Shown here: piece after piece, positions 8,770-20,000 of the stretch
How the letters are laid out: each line of letters begins with the position of its first letter
How positions within the stretch are numbered: position 1 is the stretch's first letter
From: Chiloscyllium plagiosum
Lineage: Eukaryota
Assembly (NCBI RefSeq): GCF_004010195.1
Contig: NC_057719.1
Location: 5,451,005-5,471,004, forward strand
Reading direction: 5' to 3'
DNA length: 20,000 bases
Program-made: the position numbers and the translations under genes
The notes under the pieces: generated by a model
The model's database searches: none
Seen by the model: the letters and a program-made list of their open reading frames with translations, nothing else
Told to the model about the DNA's origin: nothing

Positions 8770-9140
8770 TTATTGCGATCTGTGCATGATCTTTGAGACA
8801 TTCCATAAATTTACAGCCAATGAAATACAATCGAAGTATAGCAACTTTTGCAGTTTAAGAAACACAATTGATGTTAAACAACAATGCCTCTCAGTAACCA
8901 ATAATGGCACTCCTATGCTTTGAAATATTGGATATGTATAGGCTCTATGAGAATGTTCCACTCAAAGTAGAGTTGTGGGATTTTTTAACTTAAGGATAGG
9001 TAAGGTCTCACTCTAATGTCTCATCCAAAAAATTTTATGTCTGACAGAATAGAAATGTCAGTCCAGATTTTGCGTTGATTTTGGCTTGAACCTATGACCT
9101 TTAATTGAAAGTGAATATACCACATTAGTACTAAGCAGAT
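8770..9140 (-). mobile_element. DeuSINE (SacSINE1-like), highly decayed
   Basis: tttacagccaatgaaatac, taatgtctcatccaaaa, tgtcagtccagattttgcg and cttgaacctatgacctt match the antisense SINE blocks in the expected order. Confidence 0.55.
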
Positions 9141-9576
9141 TTTGAAGGCATGGAATATCAGTTGTGAAACAAAAAAGATGTATCATTTGTTTTGGGAATT
9201 GTAGTGAGTTGATGCTGAGGCACAATGGCCCATAATTTAATGTAAAAACAGCAAGAACAAAGTGTGGGACAAGAGCTTTCAACCACAAGTTTATTTCTAT
9301 CCAGATTAAACATGAGTGATGCTTTACGTTATGCTACCTGACACAGGATGTCAGTATTTTTGCCACCCTTCATCCTTCTGACAATCTCATAAAACATTAG
9401 TAAATTCAAAGAAGCATGTTAGTGGTTAGCAACTATACACACTTTATCAAATCTTTAAGCATAATCATAGTTATTGAACAAGTATTACGCTAATCTTTTG
9501 TGATGCTAAAAAGTTGCTCTTCAGTTTTGAATTTGTTATGTAATATTGAGGTCTTGTGGTGCAATAAGTAGTATTT

Positions 9577-10548
9577 TGATTTAATTTGTTATTATAGTCA
9601 CGTGTACTGAGATACAGTGAAAAGTATTGGTTTGCATGCTATCCAGACAAATCATACCTTACATAAGTACATCAGGGTATTAGAACATAATGCAGAAGAA
9701 TATAGCTACAGAGAAGATACAGAGAAAGATGAAATCTAATGTATGAGAGGTCCATTCATAAGTCTCATATAACAGCAGGGAAGAAGCTGTTCTTAAATCT
9801 ATTGGTATATGTTTTCAAACTTTTGTACCTTTTGCCCAATGGAAGAGGGAGGAAGAGAGTATAATCGCGATGGGAGTGATCTTTGATTATGTTGGCTGCT
9901 TTCCTGAGGCAGCCTGAAGTGTAGATGGAGTCAATGGAAAAAAAACTGGTTTTCATGATGGACTGGGGTGTGTTCACAGCTCTGTTACTTTTTGCGGTTT
10001 AGGGCAGTGCAGTTGCCAAACCAAGTTGTGATGCATCTGGATAGGATGCTTTCTATGGTGCATGAATTAAAATTGGAAAGAGTCATTGTGGACATGTCAA
10101 CTTTCTGAGGAAGTAGCAGTGCTGATATGGCCTCTTGACTGCAGCATGGACGTGGATGGACTAAGACAGATTGTTGGTGATATTTACTGCAAGAAACTTG
10201 AAGCTCTTGATCATCTCCACCACTTGTCATTGATACAGAAAAGCAGTGTACTGAAGTCAATGACTGGATCCATCATTTTGCTGACACGGAGGGAGAAATT
10301 GTTTTCTTTAAATCATGCCACTAAGCTGTCTGTCCATATCTTTCATGTATTCTGTCTTGTTTGAGATCTGATTTACTACAGTGGTGTCATCAGCAAATTT
10401 GTAAATGGAGTTAGACTTGAATTTGGCCACACAGTCGTGAGTGTATAAGGAGTATCTTAAGGGGCTGAGTATGTGGGGCACTGATGTTGAGGATTATTAT
10501 GGAGGAGGTGTTATCGCTATCCTTACTGATTGTGGCTTGCAGGTCAGG
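9577..10548 (-). mobile_element. 5'-truncated Rex1/Babar LINE, decayed
   Basis: Minus-strand SIYKFADDTTVV (~10375-10410), SCTIESILSRCITTWFGNCT and CLRKAANIIKDHSH...LPLGKRYKSLKTYTNRFKNSFFPAVI. AATAAC/T-type 3' end near 9580. Confidence 0.9.
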
Positions 10549-10832
10549 AATCCATGCCTCTGAGTGAGAATCTCTGGTTTCAAGTACTACCTCAGGAGTT
10601 GATGCCAAGAGAGGTGCTTTCAGAATGTGGCCAAATAGGATAATTATCAACCTGAAAATCCTTACAATACAATGGCAACCAAGAGAGATTCCTTATGAGC
10701 TATATAATGAAAATAAGGTTGTAATTTCTGCCTTCACTGTCCACAGACTATAACATGCATGCAAAAGTCCATGTCGCCACAGCAACTGGGAGTCCTGGAA
10801 TAAAATGTTATGACATCACTAGCATGTAGTAA

Positions 10833-12550
10833 TAAGACATAAGATATAGGAGAAGAAGTAGGACATTCACCCAATCTAGTTGGCTTCACCATTCAATGAG
10901 ATAAGAGCTGATCTATAATCCTAAAATTCACTTTCCTCCTTTCTCATAACCCTTGATTCCCATGCTGATTTAAACTCTATCTTGATGTTGAATTTTCTTA
11001 ATGACCCAGCCTCGACAGTCCCCTGCAGTAAAACATTCCACAGAATCACTACCCTCTGTGAGAAAAAAAAGTCCTCATCTCCATCTTAAATATGCAATCC
11101 CTTATTCTGAGATTGTGCCTTCTGGTTCTCGACTATCCCACGGGAGAAACAGCCTTTCCACATCAACTCAAGTCCCCTAAGGATCTTGTATGTTTCTATA
11201 AGGTCACCTCTCATTATTCCATATTCCAATGGGCACAGGCCTACCTTATGCTGTCTCCTCATATGACTGGACATCCATATCTGACCCCAGCTGAGTGATC
11301 CTTCTCTGGACTACCTCCAATGCTAGTGTATCTTTCCTCAGATAAAGGGCCCATAGCTAGTACCTTTATTGTTCCAGCTTTGATCTGATTGGTGCTTTCT
11401 GTAGTTTTAGTAAAATCTCCTCCCTATCATCATACTCCATTCAGTTTGGAATGCTAACCATCGTTCCATTTGACTTTCTTATTACCGCTGAACTTGAATG
11501 CTAGATGTTTGTGATTCTTGGATGAAGACTTCCAAATCCAAATCTGCAATCATTCTCCTTTAAATCATATTCATCTCCTCTATTCTTCCCACCAAAGTGC
11601 ATAACCTTGCATTTTTCTACATTGCATTCCATCTACCGAGTTGTTGTTCAGTCTCTTAATGTGTCGGTATTCCTCCACAGACTCTTTCTACTTGCCTTCT
11701 CACCTATTTCTGTGTCATTTGCAAACTTGCTATGGTACATTCTCTTTGCTTACCCAAGTCATTAATATTTAGAATCATAGAGTCATACAGCACAGAAACA
11801 ATCCCTTCGGTCCAACTTGTTCATGTGTATGGAACGAGCTGCCAGAGGAGGCGGGTACAATTACAACATTGAAAAGGCATTGGGATGGATATATGAATTG
11901 GAAAGGTTTAGAGGGATACAGGCCAGGTGCTGTCAAATGGGACTAGATGGGATATCTGGTCCACGCAGGCAAATTGGATATGTTGTAAATAATTTTGACC
12001 GCAGCACTGGTGCACCAGTAGTTGCAGGCAACCATCCTGAAAATGTCCTCCTTATCTCAACTCTCTGTCTAGTATTAGTGAGCCAATCCTCACTCCATAC
12101 CAATAAGTTACCATCATCATCATGGGCTCTTATTAAGTAGCCTAATGTGTACTACCTCATTTAACAATGTCTGAAGATCCATATATGTTACATCCACTGC
12201 TTCCCCTTTATCTATCCTTTTTTACCATCTCAAAGAACTCTATTAATTTGTCAGGGATAATTCCCTTCAAGAGGCCATGCTAATTCTGTTTAAATGCGCT
12301 GCTATGACTTTCATGACAATAAACTCTAACATTTTCCCAATCAGCTGTTAAGCTAACTGACCTAGAGTTACCTGCTTTTGTCTTCTTCACTTTTTAAATA
12401 AAGATGTTACATTGGCTGTTTTCCAATCCTCTGGGACTTTTCCAAAACCTAAGAATTTCGAGAATATTATGTTTGGTATATCCACCATCTCTGTAGCTAC
12501 CTCCTTTAATCTTTGAGGATGCATTCTATCAAGTACAAGGACTTATCATC
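10833..12550 (-). mobile_element. Older CR1 LINE (3' end and RT), host of nested insertions; resumes at ~19045-19400
   Basis: Tail ataagacataagata at 10831-10846, MRGDLIETYKILRGL, KFA at ~11720 and the ttttccaatcctctgggac RT-region block. Heavily mutated. Confidence 0.85.
11770..11978 (-). mobile_element. HER1/CR1 3' fragment with a 5' inversion
   Basis: 11770-11825 is the antisense extreme 3' tail and 11822-11978 is the sense upstream segment (compare with 3630-3800). The host CR1 reads through when it is removed. Confidence 0.8.
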
Positions 12551-13230
12551 GAACATAGAACATGACAGTGTTGAACAGGCCCTTTGGCCATCGATGTTGC
12601 GCTGACCTGTGAAACCAATCCAAAGCCCTAACCTACACTATTCCTTTATCATCCGTACATTTATCCAGTGATCATCTCAATGCCCTTAATGTTGGTGAAT
12701 CCACTACTGTAGGAGGCAGGGCATTCCACACCCTGACTACTTGCTGAGTAAAGAACCTACCTCTGACATCTGTCTTATATCTATCACCTCTCAATTTAAA
12801 GCTGTGTCCTCTTGTGCTAGTCATCACTATAGGGTCCACCCTATTTAATTCTCTGATCATCTTGTATGCCTCTAAGTCACCTCTTAACCTTCTTCTCTCT
12901 AACAAAGACAGCCTCAAGTCCCTCAGCCTTTCCTCATAAGACCTTCCCTCCATACCAGGCAACATTCTGGTAAATATCCTCTGCAACCTTTCCAATACTT
13001 CCACATCCTCCTTATAATGCGGCGATCAGAACTGCACGCAAAACTCCAAGTATGGCCACACCTGGGTTTTGTACAGCTGCAACATGACCTCATCACTCCA
13101 AAATTCAATGCCTCTACCAATAAAAGCTAATACAATGTACGCCTGCTTAACAAGCCTATCAACCTGAGTGGCAACTTTCAGGAATGTATGTACATGGACA
13201 TCGAGATTTTTCTGTTCATCCACACTACCA

Positions 13231-13336
13231 ATCACCTGATGAAGGAGTAGTGCTTCGAAAGCTAGTGCTTCCAATATAAAACTGTTGCACAATAACCTGG
13301 TGTTTTGTGATTTTTAACTTTGTACACCCCAGTCCA
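13231..13336 (+). mobile_element. Penelope-like pLTR fragment (~106 bp) inserted in the CR1 RT region
   Basis: Interrupts ccacactacca|aggatcttacc. Carries a hammerhead core and a ...ccccagtccaacaccggcacctccaaatca end recalled from shark PLE termini. Confidence 0.8.
13233..13267 (+). ncRNA. Minimal type I hammerhead ribozyme motif (Penelope type)
   Basis: CAC-CTGATGA-A-GGAG(tagtg)CTTC-GAAA-GCTA-GTG: intact core, 4-bp stem II, palindromic AGCT stem III, CUA cleavage triplet (13262-13264) and a 3-bp stem I (CAC/GTG). Confidence 0.7.
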
Positions 13337-15227
13337 ACACCGGCACCTCCAAATCAAGGATCTTACCATTAGTCCAGTATTCTGTATTCGTGTTACTCCT
13401 TCCAAAGTGAATCACCTCACACTTCTCTGCATTAAACTCAGCACAGCTCTGCAGCTTATCTATGTACCTGTGTAACTTGTGACATCCTTCCGCACTGTCC
13501 ACAACTCCATCGACCTTAGTGTCATCTGCAAATTTACTAACCCATCCACTAAGCCCTCATCCAGGTCATTTAGAAAAATTATAAACAGCAGTGGCCCCAA
13601 AACAGATCCTTGCCGTACATCACTAGTAACTGAACTGAAGGATGAACATTTCCCATCAACCACCATCCTCTGTCTTCTTACAGCTAGTCAATTCCTGATC
13701 CAAATCGCTACATCACTTAATCCCATGCCTCTGTATTTTGTGCAATAGCCTACCTTGAGGAACCTTATCAAATACTTTACTCAAATCACACCACATCAAC
13801 AACTTTACCCTCATCCACCTGTTTGGTCACCTTCTCAAAGAACTCAATAAGGTTTGTGAGGCACAACCTACCCTTCACAAAACTGTGTTGACTATCCCTA
13901 ATCAAATTATTTCTTATTAGATGATTATAAATCCTATCTCATATAATCCTTTCCAAAACTTTGCCCACAATCGAAGTAATACTCACAGGTCTATAATTAC
14001 CAGGGTTGTCTCTACTCCCCTTTTTGAACAAGGTGACTACATTTGCTATCCTCCAGTCTTCTGGCACTATTCCTGTAGACAATGATGACGTAAAGACCAA
14101 AGCCAAAAGCTCTGCAATCTCTTCCCTAGCTTCCCAGAGAATCCTAGGATAAATCCCATCCGGCCCACAGGACTTATCACACTTTGCAGAATTGCTAACA
14201 CCTCCTCCTTATGAACCTCAATCCAATCTAGTCTAATATATTGTATCTCAGTTTTCTCCTCGACAACATTATTTTTTTTAGTGTGAATAGTAACGAAAAA
14301 TATTCATTTAGCGCCTCTCCTATCTCTTCGGACTTCACATATAACTTCCGACTATTGTCCTTGATTGGCCCTAATCTTATCCTAGTCATTCCTTTATTCC
14401 TAACATACCTATAGAAAACTTTATGGCTCTTCTTCGCTCTCACTTTAGTCCTTCCTAGCTAACATGTAACTCTCAAGTGCCCTAACTGAGCCTTCACATC
14501 TCATCTTTAAGTCTGCTTCTTCCTCTTGACAAGTTTCAACATCTTTAGTAAACCACTGTTCCCTCGCTCGACCATTTCGTCCCTGCCTGACTAGTACATA
14601 CTTATCAAGGACACACAGTAGTTGTTCCTTGAACATGCTCCAAATTTCAATTGTACCCATTCTCTGCAGTTTCCTTCCCCATCCAATGCATCTTAAATCT
14701 CGCTGAAACACATCATAATTGCCTTTTCCCCAGCTGTGGCTCTTGCCCTGCACTATATATCTATCCCTTTCCATTGCTAAAGTAAATGTAACCAAATTGT
14801 GGTCACTATCAACAACGTGCTCACCTACCTCCAAATCTAACACCTGGCCTGGTTCATTACCCAGTACCAAATCCAATGTGCCCTCGCCTCCTGTTGGCCT
14901 ATCTACATAATATGTCAGGAAACCCTCCTGCACACATTGGACAAAAACTGACCCATCTAAAGTTCATGAACTATAGCGTTTCCAGTCAATATTTGGAAAG
15001 TTAAAGATCCCCATAACAACTATCCTCTTACTTTTGCTTCTATCCCGAATCATCTTTGCATCTACAGCTCTGGAACTCTTTAGAGGCCTACAGAAACTTC
15101 CCAACAGGGTGACCTTTCCTGTTTCTAGCCTCAGCCCACACTACCTCCATAGACGATCCTCATCAAACGTTCTTTCTGCCACCGCAGTACTATTCTTGAC
15201 TAACAATGCCACACCTCCTCATCTTTT

Positions 15228-17803
15228 GAATTGAAATGAATTTATTGTCAAGTGTACCGAGGCGCAATGAAAAGCTTTGTCTTGTGAGCAATACAGGCAG
15301 ATCACATAGTTAAGTAGCATAGATAAGTAAATAATAAGTTAGCAGCAGCAAAAACAAAAAACAGGTACAGGCGAATGTTAAGAGTTTGAGTCCATTCAGT
15401 ATTCTAACAACAGTCGGATAGAAACTGTTTCGAAACCGGCTGGTGTGTGTGTGTTCAGGCTTCTATACTTCTCCCTGATGATAGAGGTTGTCAAAAAGCA
15501 TTGCCAGGGTGGGATGGATCTTTGAGAATGCTGGAGGCCTTTCCTTGACAGCGGGTCTGGTAGATGGTTTCTATAGATAGGAAGTTGATCTTTGTGATTG
15601 TCCGGGCCGAGTTCACCACTCTCTGTAACTGTCTCTGATCTTGAATGGTACAGTTGCCATACCAGGTAATGATACATCCAGACAGAATACTCTCAATGGC
15701 ACACCTATAAAAGTTGGCAAGGGTATTCATTGTCATGCCAAACTTCCTCAGCTGCATGAGGAAGAAGAGACGTTGTTGGGCCTTTGCATCCACATGAAGA
15801 GTCCAAGAAAGCTCGTTGTGGCTGACCACTCCAGGAGCTTGACACTGTCCACTCATTCCACCTCTGTGCTGTTAATGTGTAGGGGGGGCATGAGTAATAT
15901 CTTGCCAAAAGTCAATAATGAGTTCTTTGGTTTTGCCGGCATTGAGAGCTAGGTTGTTCTCAATGCACCATTTTTCCAGGTCTTTCACCTCCCGTGTGAT
16001 GTCTGTTTCGTCGCCATCTGAGATTCAACTGACTATGGTGGTGTCATCAGCAAACTTGTAAATGGCATTAGTGTGGTATTTGGCCACACAGTCATGAGTA
16101 TACAGTGAGTACAGTTGGGGGCTGAGTACGCACCCCTGGGGGACTCCAGTGAGGATGAAATATTCTCCTCAATCTTCACTGATTGTGGCCTGTGGGTCAG
16201 GAAACATTAAAGTCCAGTTGCAGAGAGTGGGGCTTAGTCTGAGATCAGTAAGTTTAGTAATCCGTCTCAAGGGGATAATAGTATTGAAGGCTGAACTGCA
16301 GTCAATGAGTAGGATTTTTACATAGCTATTCTTGTCTCAAGATGTTCTAGGGAGGAGTGGAAGGGCAAGTGATATGGCACCCGACGTGGATCTGTTGGTC
16401 CAATATGCAAATTTGAGTGGGTCAAGTTTAGTAGGGAGGCTGGAGTTGATTAATGCCATGACCAATCTTTCAAAGCACTTCATGACCACCGAAGTTAGGG
16501 CCACTGGACGGTAGTCATTGAGACATGTTGCATGAGCCTTCTTAGGCACAGGGATGATGCTGGCCCTCTTGAAACAGGCAAGGACAGTGGCCTGCTGCAG
16601 GGAGAGGTTGAAGGTGTCCGAGAAGACCTCTGCCAGTTGAATCTGCGCATGCTCTGAGTGCACGGCCTGGTACTCCGTCTGGTCCCATCGCTTTCCTTGG
16701 ATTCACATGAAAGAAAACTGATCTGCCCTCTGATGCAGTGACTGTTGGGATAGGTTCGTCAGGACTTGTCAGAATAGGTGTTACCTCTCCGCTGAAATTC
16801 TGCTCAAAGCGAAAATCGAAGGTGTTGAGACAATGTGGGAGGGATGTGTCATTGTCTGCTATCTTGCACTGTCTCTTTTTTGAACATGTGATGTCATTCA
16901 GTCCTTGCCAGTGTCGCCGGGTGTCTGTCTGGGTCTCTAGTTTGGATCGGTATTGGTCCTTGGCTGTCTTAATGGCTCTGTGAAGGTCATACTTGGATTC
17001 CTTATATTTGAGTGGGTCTGCTGATCTGAAGACCTCACGCCTGGCTTTTAGCAGGTTCTGTCTGTTCTGATTCATCCAGGAGTTCCTGTGGGAACACACA
17101 GATTGACTTCCTCAGTATGCAGTCCTCCACACACTTGCTGATAAAGTCTGTGACGGTGGTGGTGTACTTGTCCAAGGTACCTGCAGACTGTTTGAACATA
17201 GCCCAATCAGCTGATTCCAGACAGCCTCGGGGTTGATCCTCTGCCTCTTCCAACCAGCACTGGACCTGTATCCGCGAGGGGGTCTCCTGCTTGAGCTTTT
17301 GGCCTGTAAGCCAGGAGAAGAAGCACAGCATTGTGGTTGGATTTTCTGAAATGAGGGTAGTGTAGGTGGTGCAGCAGTGGTCTAAAATGTTCAGGCCCCT
17401 GGTGGGGCAGGTAATGTTCTGGTGGTACTTGGGCAATACCTTTCTTAGATAGGCCTGATTGAAGTCACCAGTTACAATAAACAGGGCTTGGGGTGTTCCA
17501 TCTCCAGGGTGTTGGTGGTGGTGTACAGCACATCCAGAGCTTCCTCAACATTTGCTTGTGGCGGAATGTACACAGTAGTTGGTATAGCAGCGGTAAATTC
17601 CCATGGTAGATAGAAGGGGTGGCCTTTGATGGTGAGGAATTCAGGGTTTGGGGAGCAATGGCTGCCCAGGGTTGCAATGTCCATGCACTACAAGTTATTG
17701 ATTAAAAAGGAAACCCCTCTAACCTTTGTCTTACCTGAAGATACTGTATGGTCCATACGATGGATAGAAAAACCATCAGCTTGAAGTGCGCAGTCGGGAA
17801 TGG
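15228..17803 (-). mobile_element. Rex1/Babar LINE (partial APE, RT, 3' UTR) nested in the CR1
   Basis: [68 protein letters not shown] (~16040-16057) and NFYRCAIESILSGCIITWYGNC. (TTCAA)-like tail at 15228-15240. The host CR1 rejoins as catctttt|accactttccc. Confidence 0.93.
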
Positions 17804-19044
17804 ACCACTTTCCCTGATCTTACTGAAACATCTAAACCCTAGAACCTGCAGCAAGCATTCCTGTCTCTACTCTATCTATGTCTCCAAACTTGCCACAACA
17901 TTGAAGTCCCAGGTACCAACCCATGCTGCAAGTTCACCCACCTTAGGCTGGATGCTCCTGGCTTTGAAGCTTTTATCTATAAAACCTTCCTGCCTACCGG
18001 TACACTCCTGTGACCTTAAACCCTTATTCATGACTTCACATTTCTCAACCTTCTGTTCACTGGAGCTACAATTCAAGTTTCCACCCCCCTGCTGAATTAG
18101 CTTAAATCCTCCCGAAGAGCATTAGCAAATTTTTCCCCCAGGGTATTAGTACTCCTCTGGTTCAGTGTAGACCATCCCGTTTGTAGAGGTCCCATCCACC
18201 TCAGAGTTAACCCCAGTTATCCAGGTATCTGAATTCCTCCCTCCTGTACCATCCCTGTAGCCACGTGTTCAACTGCTGTCTCTCCCTATTCCTCATCTTG
18301 CTCTCATGTGGCATGGATAACAAACCACAGATAAAACTCTGTTTGTTCTAGCTCTAAGCTTCCACCCTAGCTTCCTGAATTTCTGCCTTACATCCCCATC
18401 CCTTTTCCTGCCTATGTTGTTGGTGCCTATATGGACCATGACTTGGGGCTGCTCCCCCTCCCCTTTTAAGGATCCCAAAAACACTATCCGAGACATCATG
18501 GACCCTGGTACCTGGGAGGCAACACACCAACCGCGAGTCTCTTTTGTTCCCACAGAACCTCCAAACTGTCTCCTTCACAATGGAGTCCCCAGTAACTAAT
18601 GCTGTATTCCTCTTCCCCCATTCCCTTCTCAGCAACTGGGACGGTCTCTGTGCCAGAGACCTGTATACATGGCTTGTCCCTGGTAATTCATTCCTCCCAG
18701 CAACATCCAAAATGGTACACTTGTTATGTAGGGGAATGGTCACAGGGATCCCAGCACTGACTGCTTCTTACCCCTTCTAACAGTCATCCAAGCATCTTCA
18801 TTTCTGGGAGTAACTAACTCCCTGTAGCTTTCATCTATAACACTCTCTGCCTCCCGAAGGATCCTGAGTTCATCCAGTTCCAGTTCCAGCTCCAGTTCCC
18901 AAACTCGGTTTTTAAGGTGCTGGTATAGGAATGCAGGTTTACTCAGCTGGGACACTAATGATGTCCCTCACCTCAAACATCCCACAGGAGGAACATTGCA
19001 CTGCCATCCCTGCTTAGTTCCCTTACTAAAAAATGAAAGTATTT

Positions 19045-19400
19045 TGTTAGTTTTCCTAGCACTTTTTCTGTAGTCGTAGTTACTTGTATTTCCTCTCCTC
19101 CTTTTCCCCCTTGAATATTTAGTAATTTTGGAAAGTGTCTTCTATTATTAAGACTGACTCAAAACATTTGTTCAACCCCCCCCCCCCCCCCCCCACCATT
19201 TTCTGGTTCCCCACTATTTCTTGCCCAGCCTAATTTTCTAAGGACTTAGTTTCACTTTGGCGTCTCTAAACATTTTTTAATTTAAGGAAGCTCTTGCTGC
19301 CTACCTTGATATTATTTGCAAGTCTACCCTGGAAGTTTATTTTCTCCCTCTTTATGATTTTATTAGTTATCTTCTGTTACTTTTAAGATGTTCCCAATCT
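19045..19400 (-). mobile_element. Upstream continuation of the older CR1 LINE (10833-12550)
   Basis: ttagttttcctagcactttttct and gtcttctattattaagactgactcaaaacatttgttca continue the antisense ORF2 sequence that breaks off at ggacttatcatc (12550). Confidence 0.7.
19176..19194. repeat. (C)19 homopolymer within CR1
   Basis: Directly visible. Confidence 0.95.
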
Positions 19401-20000
19401 GTAAGAATAGTCGGGTAGTTATGGTAAGGGATTTTAACTTTCCAAACATAGACTAGACTGCCATAGTGTTATAGGTTTAGATGGAGAGGAATTTCTTAAG
19501 TGCATACAAGACAATTTTCTGATTCACTATGTGGATGTATCTACTAGAGAAGGTGCAAAACTTGACCTACTTTTGGGAAATAAGGCAGGGTAGGTGACTG
19601 AGATGTCAGTGGGGGAGCACTTTGGGGCCAGCGACCATAATTATATTCGTTTTAAAATCGTGATGGAAAAGGATAGACCAGATCTAAAAGTTGAAGTTCT
19701 AAATTGGAGAAAGGCCAATTTTGACGATATTAGGCAAGAACTTTCGAAATCTGATTGGAGGCAGATGTCCGCAGGTAAAGGGATAGCTGGAAAATGGGAA
19801 GCCTTCAGAAATGAGGTAACAAGAATCCAGAGAAAGTATATTCCTGTTAGGGTGAAAGGGAAGGCTGGTAGGTATAGGGAATGCTGGATGACTAAAGAAA
19901 TTGAGGGTTTTGTTAAGAGAAAGAAGGAAGCATATGTCAGGTATAGACTGGATAGATCGAGTGAATCCTTAGAGTATAAAGGAAGTAGGAGTATACTTAA
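19397..20000 (+). mobile_element. CR1 LINE ORF2 (APE C-terminal part and linker), degenerate, running off the window
   Basis: RVVMVRDFNFPNID, TREGAKLDLLLGN, EHFGASDHN and WRKANFDDIRQEL, with a frameshift near 19455 and an in-frame TAG at 19591. Confidence 0.92.

Larger units (their letters stand above)
12551..19030 (-). mobile_element. Near full-length CR1 LINE, inactivated: ORF1 (Cys motif, coiled coil, SGNH esterase) and ORF2 (APE, RT); interrupted at 13231-13336 and 15228-17803
   Basis: MAVQCSSCGMFEVR (~18960-19003), LKNRVWELELELELDELRILREAE, LVTGDSIV and VHIGTNN esterase blocks, TLDLVLGN..SDHN APE motifs, [10 protein letters not shown] and FFTQQVVRVWNALP. Tail gaacatagaacat at 12551. Confidence 0.93.

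Noticed and set aside
12551..19030. Possible active or domesticated LINE genes
   Set aside because: Every CR1 and Rex1 reading frame is broken by multiple stops and frameshifts.
14500..20000. Inverted pair of CR1 endonuclease regions (14500-15030 minus and 19397-20000 plus) as a dsRNA source
   Set aside because: The copies are visibly divergent subfamilies more than 4 kb apart, so stable pairing cannot be supported by eye.

Overview
Eukaryotic vertebrate DNA. The repeat families (HER1/CR1 LINEs, HE1 and SacSINE1/DeuSINE-like SINEs, Rex1/Babar, Penelope-like elements) point to a cartilaginous fish, probably a shark; this is inferred from recalled consensus sequences, not from a search. Roughly three quarters of the window is decayed retroelement sequence, and no ORF in the track is an intact gene. 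The unique core is a CpG island (~6540-7620) that looks like a bidirectional promoter. On + it has a short first coding exon (7139-7196, MEEGSSEGDMFTVEHELKN, then a GTAAGA donor; gene not recognised). On - there is a candidate spliced, largely non-coding transcript (exons ~6592-6720, 1473-1665, 360-556). Notable structures are a 173-bp near-perfect Penelope-derived palindrome with a target-site duplication, Penelope-type minimal hammerhead ribozyme motifs (one with an essentially intact core at 13233-13267), a solo LTR with a 4-bp TSD inside a Penelope element, a twin-priming-like inverted CR1 tail, a multi-level LINE nest from 10833 to the window end, and a clustered AGCGCGATCCCG motif in intron 1. 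No clearly novel protein-coding system is supported.
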